Part shown: piece by piece, positions 27,649 to 38,182 of the stretch | How the letters are laid out: the number at the start of each line of letters is the position of its first letter | Position numbering within the stretch: the stretch's first letter is position 1 | Virus record (IMG/VR): IMGVR_UViG_3300025679_000009 | Location: 1 to 52,774 of that record | DNA from: a virus | Lineage: Duplodnaviria > Caudoviricetes | Length of the DNA stretch: 52,774 bases | Strand: one strand, 5' to 3' | The notes under the pieces: generated by a model | What the model was told of the DNA's origin: nothing | The model's input: only the letters and a program-made list of their open reading frames with translations | Databases searched by the model: none | Position numbers and translations under genes: made by a program

Positions 27649-28254
27649 ATGTGGAATGACCGGTTCTCCGCCACACACTGGTGGGAGCGCGCCTGCTTCG
27701 ATCCGGGAACGCTGATGGCCGGCACTATGGCCATGACGGCGGCCGGCACGGCCATGTCTGCATCCTCGACGATCGCCGGGGGCAACGCCGCGGCGGAAGC
27801 CGGCAAGATGCAGCAGAACGCGCTGAACTTTCAGGCGGCGCAGCTGCGCGAGAACGAAGGCGGCGAGATCGGCGCCGCGCAGCGCGAGATGCTCGATACC
27901 CAGCTCAAGACGAAGCAGCTGGAATCGACGGTCGAGGCCCGTTCGGCCGCGGGCGGCGTCAATGCGGCGGTCGGCTCGCCGCTCGCGGCCGAGAAGCAGA
28001 TCGCTTCGCGCGGCACTTATCAATCGCTGATGGATCTGTTTAACGGCCAGAATCGCGCCACCGGCGACGAGAACGAGGCCAAGGGCGCGACCTATTCCGG
28101 CGTGATCGCGGACGAAGCCGGGACGATGCAGCAGCGCGCCTCGAACCTCAACGCCATGGCGACGATCGCCGGCGGCGGCGCCAGCATGATGCGCAGCTAC
28201 GGCGCCTTCGCCTATCCCAACCAGTTCGGACGTCCGGGTGTCGGCTATGGCTAA
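27649..28254 (+). CDS. internal virion/ejection protein (gp14-like)
   Basis: CFDPGT, A/G/S-rich, AAGGV...GSP motif. Confidence 0.75.
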   Translation: MWNDRFSATHWWERACFDPGTLMAGTMAMTAAGTAMSASSTIAGGNAAAEAGKMQQNALNFQAAQLRENEGGEIGAAQREMLDTQLKTKQLESTVEARSAAGGVNAAVGSPLAAEKQIASRGTYQSLMDLFNGQNRATGDENEAKGATYSGVIADEAGTMQQRASNLNAMATIAGGGASMMRSYGAFAYPNQFGRPGVGYG

Positions 28255-30850
28255 GCTTCCGGACTGGTCCGATCTCGGCGCGACACCGAGCGTCACTGGC
28301 GCGCGGCCGATCGGCAGCGTCGACGTCAGCCCCTTTGCGCGCGGGGCTGAGGCCGAAGCCCAGGCGGGCGTCAACCTCGGCAAGGCCGTCGCCGATGTCG
28401 GCGCCGCCGGCAGCGACGTCATCCTCGACCAGGCGCGCTATCAATATGCGACCGCGAACGCCGATTTCCTATCGAAGAGCATTGATCTGAAGTCCTCGCT
28501 TGCGAACGACACCGATTATTCGACGCTCGAGCAGCGCTACACCGACGGCATCAATCAGATCCGCGACCAAGCGGCCTCGAACATCGCCCTGCCGGGCATG
28601 CGAACGCGCTTCGTTGACCTGGCGCAGCCGGAGATAGAACGCGGTGTCGCCGGCGTCCGCCAGCAGGCCTACAAGCTCGAAGGAGATGCCAATGTCGCCG
28701 ACGTGCAGCAGCAGGGCTCGACGTTCATCAACCAGGGTACGGCGGCGCCCGGCGACTCGCAGCTGCAAGACAAGCTCATCGGTGCCTACGGCGCCCGCGT
28801 CGACGGCCTGGCCGGGCGCGGCTGGATCTCGCAGGAAGCCGCGCTCAAGATGAAACAGGACTGGGCGCATCAGTACGCTCTCGCCGACGGCGTGGCGCGT
28901 GCGGATACGGATCCGCAGGGCGTCATCAACGATCTCCGCGCGGCGCCGGGTTCGGCCGACCAGATCGACAACCGCATTGTCCAGATTGAAAGCAATGGCA
29001 ATCCGCTGGCGCGGTCGAAGACGTCGAGCGCCTACGGCCTCGGCCAGTTCGAGCCGGGCACCTGGCTGCCGCTGATCCGACAGGCGCATCCCGAGCTCGC
29101 CGACAAATCGGATGCCGACTTGCTGGCGCTTCGCGCCGATCGCGGCCTCAACATGGAAATGCTGGGGCTCAATCGTCAACAGAACACCGATTATCTGCAG
29201 AAGAATGGCGTCGATGCTTCGCCCGGCAACATCTACCTCGCGCACTTCCTTGGACCGGCTGGCGCGGCCGCGGTGGCGAAGGCCTCGCCGACGGCGCCGG
29301 TGGGCGATGTGCTCGCGTCCGCCGTCGGCAAGGATAAGGCCGCGAAGATGATCGCGGCAAATGGGACGATCCTGAACGGGCAGACCGCCGGTGGCGTCGC
29401 GCAATGGGCGAGCGACAAGATGGGCGGCGTCGGGCCCGGCGGCGGCCACATCTACGACATTCTGCGTCCGGACCAGCGAGCGATGCTGCTCGATCATGCG
29501 CAGACGTCCCTGCAGCGTCAGACCGTCAGTGACTTTTCAGACTTTCAGGGCCGCGTGAAAGATAGCGAGGCGGAAGCCGCGCGCACCGGCAACGTCACCA
29601 ATCCGATCGGCCCGGAAGAATTCATTGCGCGGGCAGGGCCGGCGGCCGGTCCGCAGGCCTATCAGCAGTACCAGGCGAACATCCAGCTTGGCCGGGACGT
29701 CTCGCGGGTGGCCAAGCTCGATCCGCAGGAGCAAGCCCAGCTCATCCAGAGCTACGAGCCGAAGGCGGGCGATCCCGGTTACGCCGACGGGGTGCAGCGG
29801 CAAAACATCCTGACGAAGGCGATCGCGCAGTCGGAAGCCGAGAAGCAGAAGGATCCCGCGCAGTTTGCGATCAACCGTCTGGCGGCGAGCGGTCCGGCCT
29901 ACGACGCGCTGCAGAAAGCGCAGCCGGCCGACAGGACGGCCGCGGCGCGCAACTATGCCTCGACGACACTCATGGAGCAGGACCGCGTCGGCCTGCCGCC
30001 GGAGCAACAGCACATTCTGCCGAAGGCCTACGCCGACGGCGTCAACAAGGCGATCGACAAGGCATCCTCTGCGACGGATCCGGAGTCGCGCGTCGGGCTT
30101 ATCAACGTGGTGCGTCAAGAGGCGTCGACCTGGGGTGAGTACTGGCCGCAGGTGATGCGCGAGCTCGCGCCCGGCGTGCAGCCGGTGGTGCGCGCGATCG
30201 CCGCCGGCGCCGACGATACGGCAATGACGCGGATCCTTCGGCTCGATCCGAAGGACAACATGAAGAGCCTGCTGAGCGATCAGCCCGACACAAAGGTTTC
30301 TGCCGCTGCCGCTGCGGTCGACACGGCGGTGGCGCCGCTGCGCGCAACGCTATTGCCGAGCCAGCGCGACGGCAAGAACAGCGACTTCGAGGCCTATTCC
30401 GGTCTCGCGGGCAAACTGGCCGCGCTCTATGTGCGGGACGGCGAAGATCCGACGTCGGCGGCGACAAAGGCCTTCAACGCGCTCATCGGCAACCGCTACG
30501 ATTTCCGCGATACCTATCGCATCCCGAAGAGCGCAGGCGTGCTGCCAGACGACGTCCAGGCCGGCGCGCAGATCGCGCGCGGCCAGCTCGATCAGCTTGG
30601 CGCGCAGCCGGCGGTGAACGACATTGGCGTTTCCGATGTTAGGGCTGACTCATTCTCTAAATTCGGGCGCGACGGCAAATGGGTGACGTCGCCGAATAAC
30701 GACGGCCTCAATCTTGCCTACGGTGACAAGTTCGTGCGGCGCACCGACGGCAAGCCGCTGATGCTGAGCTGGTCGCAGCTCGGCGATATGGCGAAGGCAA
30801 ACAAGGCAAACCGGACTGATGTGGACGAGTCGGCGATGTTCACACCGTGA
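28247..30850 (+). CDS. ejection protein with lysozyme-like transglycosylase domain
   Basis: IESNGNPLA...SSAYGLGQF..GTW, YLAHFLG. Confidence 0.8.
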   Translation: MAKLPDWSDLGATPSVTGARPIGSVDVSPFARGAEAEAQAGVNLGKAVADVGAAGSDVILDQARYQYATANADFLSKSIDLKSSLANDTDYSTLEQRYTDGINQIRDQAASNIALPGMRTRFVDLAQPEIERGVAGVRQQAYKLEGDANVADVQQQGSTFINQGTAAPGDSQLQDKLIGAYGARVDGLAGRGWISQEAALKMKQDWAHQYALADGVARADTDPQGVINDLRAAPGSADQIDNRIVQIESNGNPLARSKTSSAYGLGQFEPGTWLPLIRQAHPELADKSDADLLALRADRGLNMEMLGLNRQQNTDYLQKNGVDASPGNIYLAHFLGPAGAAAVAKASPTAPVGDVLASAVGKDKAAKMIAANGTILNGQTAGGVAQWASDKMGGVGPGGGHIYDILRPDQRAMLLDHAQTSLQRQTVSDFSDFQGRVKDSEAEAARTGNVTNPIGPEEFIARAGPAAGPQAYQQYQANIQLGRDVSRVAKLDPQEQAQLIQSYEPKAGDPGYADGVQRQNILTKAIAQSEAEKQKDPAQFAINRLAASGPAYDALQKAQPADRTAAARNYASTTLMEQDRVGLPPEQQHILPKAYADGVNKAIDKASSATDPESRVGLINVVRQEASTWGEYWPQVMRELAPGVQPVVRAIAAGADDTAMTRILRLDPKDNMKSLLSDQPDTKVSAAAAAVDTAVAPLRATLLPSQRDGKNSDFEAYSGLAGKLAALYVRDGEDPTSAATKAFNALIGNRYDFRDTYRIPKSAGVLPDDVQAGAQIARGQLDQLGAQPAVNDIGVSDVRADSFSKFGRDGKWVTSPNNDGLNLAYGDKFVRRTDGKPLMLSWSQLGDMAKANKANRTDVDESAMFTP

Positions 30851-33645
30851 CATTCACCGACACGTTTGCCTCTCCCGATGAGACGGTGCCGATCCGCTCG
30901 TCGGATTTGCAGTCGTCGCTCGGCGAGAGCCTCGGTGCGCAGGCGGCGGAAGCGCTCGATCCGCAATCCGATATTTCCGCGGTCCAGCTTTGGCGCAGCG
31001 CGAAGTTGGCGATCGCCGCCGGCGACATGCTGCCGGGCCTCAACGCTCCCGACACTCCGCTGCCGGAGGACATCGCCAACTTCGATCAGGCGAAGGCGGA
31101 GATCCCGGATGTCCCGATCGCGGACGCCAAGGCGCAGGTCAAGCAGGCCGGCCTCGAGGGTTCGCTGCCGCTTCCGGACCAGCCGTCGATCAAGCAGCCG
31201 GTGCTGGATCTGATGATCCAGGAGGCGCAGGAGCACCGCGATCGCGATCTCGCCATCGCCCGCGGGCCGCAGGGGTTCTTTCCCGGCGCGCTCGGCTTCG
31301 CGACGTCGATCGTCGCCGGGATGATTGACCCGGTCAACATGGCCGCGTTCTCGATTCCCGTGCTCGGCGAGGCGCGCTGGGGCAAGCTGCTGGCCAACGC
31401 CGGCGACAGCCTCTTTGCCCGCGCTGGTGTGCGTGCGGCGCAGGGCGCTGCGCAGGGTGCGGTCGGCACGGCGGCGCTGCAGCCGCTCGATTACCTGATG
31501 CACACAGCCGACGGCCGCGATTACACGATGGCAGACGCGCTGCGCTCGGTGGTGATGGGCGCCGGCATGGGCGCGGCTTTTCACGCCGGCTTCGGCGCGG
31601 TCGGCGACGTGCGCGCCCGCATGGCCGGCGCGCCGCTGCCCGGGTCGCCGGAAGCCACTCTGACGCGAGCGCTACAACCGCAAACTGAAACCGCATTAGA
31701 AGGTCAGGGAGAGGCCCACGGCGACGGTGAAGTGCCTGGCATCGGTGCGAGCGCTGCCAGCGAGCCGGCGCCCGGTTCGGCGGAGGGTGCTGCACCGGCC
31801 GAGAGCGATCTTGGCTCGTTGCCGGCGGGTCATCCGGCGTACGTCCTGGCCGATCTGCCGGAGGCGGCTCGAGAAGACGTCGTCCGCGCCTCGATCGCCG
31901 ACCTGACGGCGGGGCGGCCGGGCCGCGCCGGCGAGATGCTCCAGGAGGCAGCCAAGGTCGATCCGCGGATCCGGGAGACGATCGATGCCTGGCACGGCTC
32001 GCCGCACGACTTTGACGCTTTCGATATCGGGCGCATCGGCGATGGGGAAGGCGCGCAGTCGTTCGGCCATGGCCTGTACTTTGCCGAGAACGAGGGGGTG
32101 GCGCGACGATATCGGGTCACCACCTCGGATGCGTCCTTCATTCGGAAGGTCCAGGAGATCTACGACGAGTCGTCGTCGCCGGGTGAGGCGGCGGACGCCA
32201 TCCATGAAAGCAGCGCCTTCAACCCCGGCGAGAAGCGGCTGCTTGCGACACTGAAGGATGACGACTGGCTCGGCTTCGACTATCCGCACCAAGCCGTCTC
32301 GGCTGCTCTGCGAAGCCCGCGCAATTTTGACCTTTCGCCTGAAACGCAGCGCGCGCTGGCCGATCTCGGCCGCGTGTATCGCGTGAAAATCAAGGCGGCC
32401 CACGAGCAGATGCTCGATTGGGACAAGCCGCTCGCCGATCAAAGTGCCGAAGTGCAGCATGCCGTCGGCCAGCTGCTTCCCGAAGGGAAGACAAAATGGG
32501 GATTTGCGCCGCGCACGGGCGAAGATTTTGCGCGTGCCATGCCACATCATCTTGGCGAGCCCGGGCCGACCAACAAGATGGCCAATCGTGCCAATGCGTC
32601 GCGCGCGATGCGAGAGGCAGGCATCCTCGGCATCAGATATCTCGATCAGGGCTCGCGCGGCCGCGGCGAAGGGAGCCACAACTTCGTCCTCTTCTCCGAC
32701 AAGGACGTCGAGATCACGCACAAGAACGGCGTGCCGGTCTCGCGCGCCGAGGCGAAAGAAATCAAGGCAGAGAAGCGCGCTGCAAAGCCGCAGTCGCTGC
32801 TGGAATTCCTGCGGGCCAAGGGCGGCGTCAGTAAGGACGATCCGCTCGCCGCCGATCTGTTGCAGTCCTTTGGTGGGGAGAACCCGAACATCCGCGGCAA
32901 GGGCAAGCTCGTTCGGCCGGACGGTCTCGGTCTCGACCGCCTGCGCGAGGCTGCCGTCGAGGCGGGCTACCTGCACGATCATGGCGACGAGACCGGCGGC
33001 GCTTCTCAGAGCACCATCCAGGATCTGCTCGACTCGGTCGACCGAGAGGCGAGGGGCGAGAAGCAGTTTCCGCGCGGCGACGAGCTCGCCGGCGCTGACG
33101 CGAACGCCGCGCACCTGGCGGAGCGTAGCGAGGCAGAGCGCGAGATCTACTTCCATCGGGCGCGCGAGGACATCACGCGCATGATGGACGAGCAGGGAGT
33201 CACGGCCATCCGGCCGCAGATCACGAACTTTGCCCTGCGCCTGCTCGAGCGCGGCAAGGCACGCGACGCAGAGGACGCCTTTCATCAGTCGCTCGACAAC
33301 TTCGACCTGGTCGGCAATCGCCCCCAGGTTGGCGATGCGGACATGGCCGACTGGCAGCAATTCGGGGACGTGCGGCCGGGCTACGAGGATCCGCATCTCG
33401 TCGCCGAGTCGAAGGATGCTGCGGCGACGGCGGAGCCCGCCTCCATCGATCCGGTCAAGGCGCCCACAGCCGCGGAACAAGCCGCGCGTGAGGCCGAGCA
33501 GCTACTCGCCGACATGAAGCCGCAGCTTTCCGACGAGGAATGGCACTCGCTCGAGAGCACGCTCAAGGACATCGGAGACGATAAGGAGATGCAGGAGAAG
33601 ATAGTGCGGGAAGGCGCGGCGTGTCTCGCCGCGGCTGCAGCCTAA
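30847..33645 (+). CDS. large ejection protein with ART-PolyVal-like domain
   Basis: DPVN hydrophobic region; WHGSPHDF..F...GEGAQSFGHGLYFAE...GIRYLDQGSR...NFVLF. Confidence 0.75.
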   Translation: MTFTDTFASPDETVPIRSSDLQSSLGESLGAQAAEALDPQSDISAVQLWRSAKLAIAAGDMLPGLNAPDTPLPEDIANFDQAKAEIPDVPIADAKAQVKQAGLEGSLPLPDQPSIKQPVLDLMIQEAQEHRDRDLAIARGPQGFFPGALGFATSIVAGMIDPVNMAAFSIPVLGEARWGKLLANAGDSLFARAGVRAAQGAAQGAVGTAALQPLDYLMHTADGRDYTMADALRSVVMGAGMGAAFHAGFGAVGDVRARMAGAPLPGSPEATLTRALQPQTETALEGQGEAHGDGEVPGIGASAASEPAPGSAEGAAPAESDLGSLPAGHPAYVLADLPEAAREDVVRASIADLTAGRPGRAGEMLQEAAKVDPRIRETIDAWHGSPHDFDAFDIGRIGDGEGAQSFGHGLYFAENEGVARRYRVTTSDASFIRKVQEIYDESSSPGEAADAIHESSAFNPGEKRLLATLKDDDWLGFDYPHQAVSAALRSPRNFDLSPETQRALADLGRVYRVKIKAAHEQMLDWDKPLADQSAEVQHAVGQLLPEGKTKWGFAPRTGEDFARAMPHHLGEPGPTNKMANRANASRAMREAGILGIRYLDQGSRGRGEGSHNFVLFSDKDVEITHKNGVPVSRAEAKEIKAEKRAAKPQSLLEFLRAKGGVSKDDPLAADLLQSFGGENPNIRGKGKLVRPDGLGLDRLREAAVEAGYLHDHGDETGGASQSTIQDLLDSVDREARGEKQFPRGDELAGADANAAHLAERSEAEREIYFHRAREDITRMMDEQGVTAIRPQITNFALRLLERGKARDAEDAFHQSLDNFDLVGNRPQVGDADMADWQQFGDVRPGYEDPHLVAESKDAAATAEPASIDPVKAPTAAEQAAREAEQLLADMKPQLSDEEWHSLESTLKDIGDDKEMQEKIVREGAACLAAAAA

Positions 33646-36402
33646 ATGCCGTCACGTCAGGATTGCATCGACGACATCGCCAAGCGCACCGGGCGATCGC
33701 GCAAGGGCGTCGAGGACATTCTCGACGACATCCTCGATCGCGCCGACGGCTACGAGCACGATGGGTTTTCGGCAGACGAGAGCTACCAGAAGGCCCGCGA
33801 CGAGAAGATCAAGGAAGTCTTCGAACGCGCCGCGCTCGAGACCCGTGGTGCCATCATGGATGCGCGCAAGCGCATCGCGCGCCAGCGCTACTATGCGGCG
33901 ACCGCGAAGGCGATCGAAAACTTGCCGATCAACACGTTGTTCCGCGATCCGGAGAAGGTGCGCGCGACGCTGAAGCGGCAAGTCGCGCGCCTTTCGCTCG
34001 AGGCGAAGCTCGTCGGCATCAACCTGCCGCTCTTCAAAGGCCGCAGCTCTGTCGATGCACAATACGTGGCGCTGCGGCGCCTGTGGGTCGGCGGCCTGGC
34101 GCGCGACCTTGAGGCGAACGGGCTGCTCAAGGTGTTTGCCTCGCGCACGATCGAGGACAAGTGGACCGAGGAGCTGTTCGAGCTCAACCGCGGCGGCCAG
34201 GGCAATCCGGGGCTGACGAAAGACGCGCAGGCGCTCTCGATCGCTAAGACGATCCAAAAGTGGCAGCGCATGTCGATGGCGGCACTCAACCGGGAAGGGG
34301 CCTGGGTTAGGTCCTATTCGGGCTACATTACGCGGTCCTCGCACGATGCGGACGCGATCCGCGCCGCCGGCCCGGAGAAGTGGGTCGCCGACACGATGCC
34401 GCGGCTCGACCTGCGGCGCACCTTCGGGACCGCCGACAAGCAGCACGCGCAGGACATGCTGCGGCAAATGTGGACGCCGCTGAAGAACGGCGACCATTTC
34501 GATTACGGCAAGCCGATCGACGAGCCGCTGCACCCGAACGTCGGGCGCATGGCCTCGGCCACGCGCGAGCTGCACTTCAAGAGCGGCAAGGACTGGCGCG
34601 CCTATAACGAGCAGTACGGCGTTGGCAATCCGACGCACACAGTGGTGCAGGCGCTGTCGATCGGCGCGCGCCGCACGGCGCTGATGAAGGAATTCGGCAC
34701 GCGGCCCAAGGAAGCCTTCGATGAAGACGTGAATTTCATCAAGGCCTCGCTGCAGCAGGAAACCCAGGCGCAGACCTCGCGGCTCTCGGCGCTCGAGCAG
34801 ACGCTGGCCTCGCCGAACGCCGATCCGAAGGCGATCGCCAAGATCGAAGCTGACATGGCGAGCCTGCGCGAGCAGATCGCCAAGGCCTCCGGCAAGTCGG
34901 AGGATTTCCAGAAATGGGAGCCGGCGCTGCGCAACCGGTTTGCGCAGATCGACGGCTCCTCGCAGCGGCCGGTTAACCGCACGCTCGCCAACATCGCCTC
35001 GAACTGGATGGCGATCCAGCGCATGGCCAAGCTCGGCCGCGTGGCGTTCACGCACTTTGCCTCGCTGCCGACGAAGGCGGCGGAGGCGCGCTACTGGGGC
35101 ATCCCGGCGGGCGAGCGCTTCGGCTCGCTGTTTCGCGGCCTGACGCAAGGGGCGGAGGGCTCGGCCAAGCGTGAGGCACTCGACGCCACTTTGGTAGGCT
35201 TTGAGCACCGCCTCGGCCACATGATGGCGATGTACGACGTCGCGGATGCGCCGGCCGGCGCGCTGGCCAAGATGGAGTCGATCTTCTTCAAGCTGACCGG
35301 CGTGTCGTCGGTCGTCGATAACCAGCGCGGCGATGCGGAGGCGATGTTTGCCTCGCACCTCGGTGCCAAGCGCGGCACGGCCTTCGCCGACATCGGCCCG
35401 AAGGAGCAGCGCGTGCTGCGCGGCTTCGGTCTGGGCGAGGCCGAATGGAAGGCGTTGCACGGCGTCGACTGGTCGACGTTCGGCGACCGCACCTATCTGA
35501 CACCCTCGGACGCGCTCAAGCTCTCCGACGACCAGGTGCGCGCCTACATGAAGGACGCGCAGGGCGGCGCGCTCGGCCGGCAGGCGCCGAACGCCGACGA
35601 TATCGACAAGGCGCGGCAGGATCTCGCGCTGCAGCTCGCGACCGCCTACACCGACCGGGCCGGCTTTGCGATCCCGATGCCGTCGGCGCGCATTCGCGCG
35701 ATGATGTTCGGCAAGAATTTCGAGCCGGGCACGGGACTAAACACCGCGCTTAAGCTGATCTATCAATTCAAGCTGTGGCCGGCGGACATGATCGTGCGGG
35801 CCTGGGGCCGCGAGATCTACGGCACGATCGGCGATGGCCGCATGGACAAGGTGGCCGGCCTGGTCGAGTTCGCCGTCGGCTCGATCGTCTTCGGGGTTGC
35901 CTCGGAGGCGGTGCGCGAGGCGATCCAGGGCAAAAACCCGCTCGCCGAGCTCGAGCACTCGCCCTTCGGCACCATCGTCAAAGGCGGCCAGCGGTCAGGG
36001 TTTGGTTCGCTCGTTGGTGACTTCCTGCTCGGCGAGTTCGATCGCCACGGGTTTTCGGCTGTTGGGTCTCTTGCCGGGCCGACCTTCAGCCAGATCGACA
36101 TCCTGATGGATCTGCTGCACGCCGGCGGCCGCACCAAGGATGGCACCTTCGGCGCGACGGCGATGCGCGAGCGCGCCGCGGACGCAATTCGCCTGGTGCA
36201 CGACAACACGCCGTACATGAGCCTGTGGTCGCTGGGCTTAGGCCTCGACACGCTGATCTGGCACCGCCTGCAGGAATGGATCAATCCTGGCTACCTGGCG
36301 CGCACCGAGCAGCGCCAGAAGCAGCAAGAGGGTGCCCACTTCATCGTGTCGCCGGCGAAAACGGACCAGTGGATCACCGGTCGGTCGGCAAGCCCGTTCT
36401 AG
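33646..36402 (+). CDS. large ejection protein (gp16-like)
   Basis: 918 aa helical; R.LHFK, QFK.WP, C-terminal QEWINPGYL. Confidence 0.72.
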   Translation: MPSRQDCIDDIAKRTGRSRKGVEDILDDILDRADGYEHDGFSADESYQKARDEKIKEVFERAALETRGAIMDARKRIARQRYYAATAKAIENLPINTLFRDPEKVRATLKRQVARLSLEAKLVGINLPLFKGRSSVDAQYVALRRLWVGGLARDLEANGLLKVFASRTIEDKWTEELFELNRGGQGNPGLTKDAQALSIAKTIQKWQRMSMAALNREGAWVRSYSGYITRSSHDADAIRAAGPEKWVADTMPRLDLRRTFGTADKQHAQDMLRQMWTPLKNGDHFDYGKPIDEPLHPNVGRMASATRELHFKSGKDWRAYNEQYGVGNPTHTVVQALSIGARRTALMKEFGTRPKEAFDEDVNFIKASLQQETQAQTSRLSALEQTLASPNADPKAIAKIEADMASLREQIAKASGKSEDFQKWEPALRNRFAQIDGSSQRPVNRTLANIASNWMAIQRMAKLGRVAFTHFASLPTKAAEARYWGIPAGERFGSLFRGLTQGAEGSAKREALDATLVGFEHRLGHMMAMYDVADAPAGALAKMESIFFKLTGVSSVVDNQRGDAEAMFASHLGAKRGTAFADIGPKEQRVLRGFGLGEAEWKALHGVDWSTFGDRTYLTPSDALKLSDDQVRAYMKDAQGGALGRQAPNADDIDKARQDLALQLATAYTDRAGFAIPMPSARIRAMMFGKNFEPGTGLNTALKLIYQFKLWPADMIVRAWGREIYGTIGDGRMDKVAGLVEFAVGSIVFGVASEAVREAIQGKNPLAELEHSPFGTIVKGGQRSGFGSLVGDFLLGEFDRHGFSAVGSLAGPTFSQIDILMDLLHAGGRTKDGTFGATAMRERAADAIRLVHDNTPYMSLWSLGLGLDTLIWHRLQEWINPGYLARTEQRQKQQEGAHFIVSPAKTDQWITGRSASPF

Positions 36403-36414
36403 CGGACAGCCGGC

Positions 36415-36675
36415 ATGACCGTCACCGATCGTCGTGGCACCGTCATTTCGGCGAGCGACCCGGAGAACATGCCCTTCGCCAACGCCATCTATACCAAGAT
36501 GGCGATCGACTACCTGATCTACTACGAGACGCTGGAATGGCTGTCGCCCGGCTATCTCGAGCGCATGACGCGCACGATGAAAGACAAGCAGGGCATCGAG
36601 TTCGCGCTCAAGCCGCAAATCGTGCACCGGCAGGGCCTGCCGGCCGCGCTCGGCCGGGCGCTGGGCGGGCGCTGA
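36415..36675 (+). CDS. small paralogue of the ejection protein C-terminus
   Basis: DYLIYYETLEWLSPGYLER aligns with DTLIWHRLQEWINPGYLAR; weak RBS, may be a relic. Confidence 0.55.
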   Translation: MTVTDRRGTVISASDPENMPFANAIYTKMAIDYLIYYETLEWLSPGYLERMTRTMKDKQGIEFALKPQIVHRQGLPAALGRALGGR

Positions 36676-36712
36676 GCACCGCGAACTAGCAAACGGTTTC
36701 AAAAGCTGCAGC

Positions 36713-36743
36713 GCGGCCGTCCTCGGGGCGGCCGCTTTCGTTT
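36713..36743 (+). terminator. intrinsic terminator
   Basis: GCGGCCGTCC/GGGCGGCCGC hairpin followed by TTTCGTTT. Confidence 0.7.
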
Positions 36744-36754
36744 GGAGCGACCAC

Positions 36755-38182
36755 ATGACCAGCACGCTTGTCGATCGTCTCGCCGGCGTTTCCGAGGGGC
36801 TTGCCGTCAAGGCACCTTGCGCCTGCGCCACCACGGCGAACATCACGCTCGCCGGCGAGCAGACGATCGACGGGGTGGCCGTCGCCGAGACCAGCCCGCC
36901 GACGCGCGTGCTGGTCAAGGATCAGGACAGCGCGCTGCAGAATGGCATCTACAAGGTCTCGACCGGCAACTGGTCACGCGCGGAGGACTTCGACGGCACG
37001 CGTGACGTGGTGAGGGGCACGCGCGTGCCGGTGAATTCCGGGGGCACCGTCAACGGCGAGACCGAGTGGGAGGTGACGTCGGCCGATAATCCGATCACCT
37101 TCGGCGTCAGCAATATCACCTTCGCGCAGCCCTCTTGGTCGCTGGCGGTCTCGGCGGCGGCGAGCGCGGCGACCGCGATTGCTTATGCCGCCAAGTCCGA
37201 CGGTTACGCAGCCGGCACCGACAATTCGGCGAAGGCCTGGGCGATCGGGGGCACCGGCAGCGGCCAGCCTGCCGCCGGCGATGCCAAGAGCTGGGCCCAG
37301 CTCGCCGGTGCCTATGTCACCGGCGCAAGCCTGTCGGCCTACGAATGGGCCGTTGGCACGTTCAAACGCGGCGTCGCTGGCTTCGGTTCGGCCAAGGATT
37401 GGGCGATCTACACCGGGGGCACGGTCGACGACACCGAGTACAGCGCCAAGAAATATGCCACCGACGCAGCCGCCTCCGAGACGAACGCGGCGGCTTCTTA
37501 CGCAGCCTCGCTCGTTCAAGGCGTCGTCACCGACACCGGTACCGCGCGCACGCTTTCGGCCGCCGACGCCGGCAAACTCATCGTCTTCACCAGCAACTCG
37601 GCGGTCACCGTCACCGCGCCGAACGACCTGAGCGTCGGCTTCCAATGCCTGCTGGAGCAGGGCGGGCTCGGCCAGGTGACCGTCGCGGCGGCATCGGGCG
37701 CGAGCCTGCACGGCGACATTCCCGGCGCCGAATCGACCGCCATCCGCTACGGCGTCATCGGCCTTACGGTCGAAACCAATGGCAGCGGCACGGCGGCGGA
37801 TTACCTGGTGCTCGGCCGCGCGCCGACCGCCGAAGAGCTGGCGGCGGCGATTGCCGCCATCGCCTCGCTCACCATCGATGATGTCACCGGCTCCGCCTAC
37901 ACGCTGCTGTTGGCCGATCTCGGCCGGATGAAGATGTTCACCAACGCATCCGGCTGCACGGTGATCTGCCCCGCGGACCTCCCGGCCGGCTTCAACTGCG
38001 TGATCGCGCAAGACGTGGGCGCCGGCCAAGTAACGCTGTCGGCGGCCAGCGGGGCGGCGCTTAAGAATCGCTACAGCGAAACCAAGACGCAAGGCGAGAT
38101 CGCCGCCATCGCGGTCTTTGTGCGCAGCAATTCCGACGGGGCCTCCGCCGTGTACTGGCTGCGCGGGGAGACCGGCACATGA
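36755..38182 (+). CDS. tail fibre / spike adaptor
   Basis: VKAPC..ATTANITL.G.QTIDG...RVLVKDQ...NGIY anchor; SAKxWA repeats; two tandem C-terminal beta domains. Confidence 0.8.
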   Translation: MTSTLVDRLAGVSEGLAVKAPCACATTANITLAGEQTIDGVAVAETSPPTRVLVKDQDSALQNGIYKVSTGNWSRAEDFDGTRDVVRGTRVPVNSGGTVNGETEWEVTSADNPITFGVSNITFAQPSWSLAVSAAASAATAIAYAAKSDGYAAGTDNSAKAWAIGGTGSGQPAAGDAKSWAQLAGAYVTGASLSAYEWAVGTFKRGVAGFGSAKDWAIYTGGTVDDTEYSAKKYATDAAASETNAAASYAASLVQGVVTDTGTARTLSAADAGKLIVFTSNSAVTVTAPNDLSVGFQCLLEQGGLGQVTVAAASGASLHGDIPGAESTAIRYGVIGLTVETNGSGTAADYLVLGRAPTAEELAAAIAAIASLTIDDVTGSAYTLLLADLGRMKMFTNASGCTVICPADLPAGFNCVIAQDVGAGQVTLSAASGAALKNRYSETKTQGEIAAIAVFVRSNSDGASAVYWLRGETGT

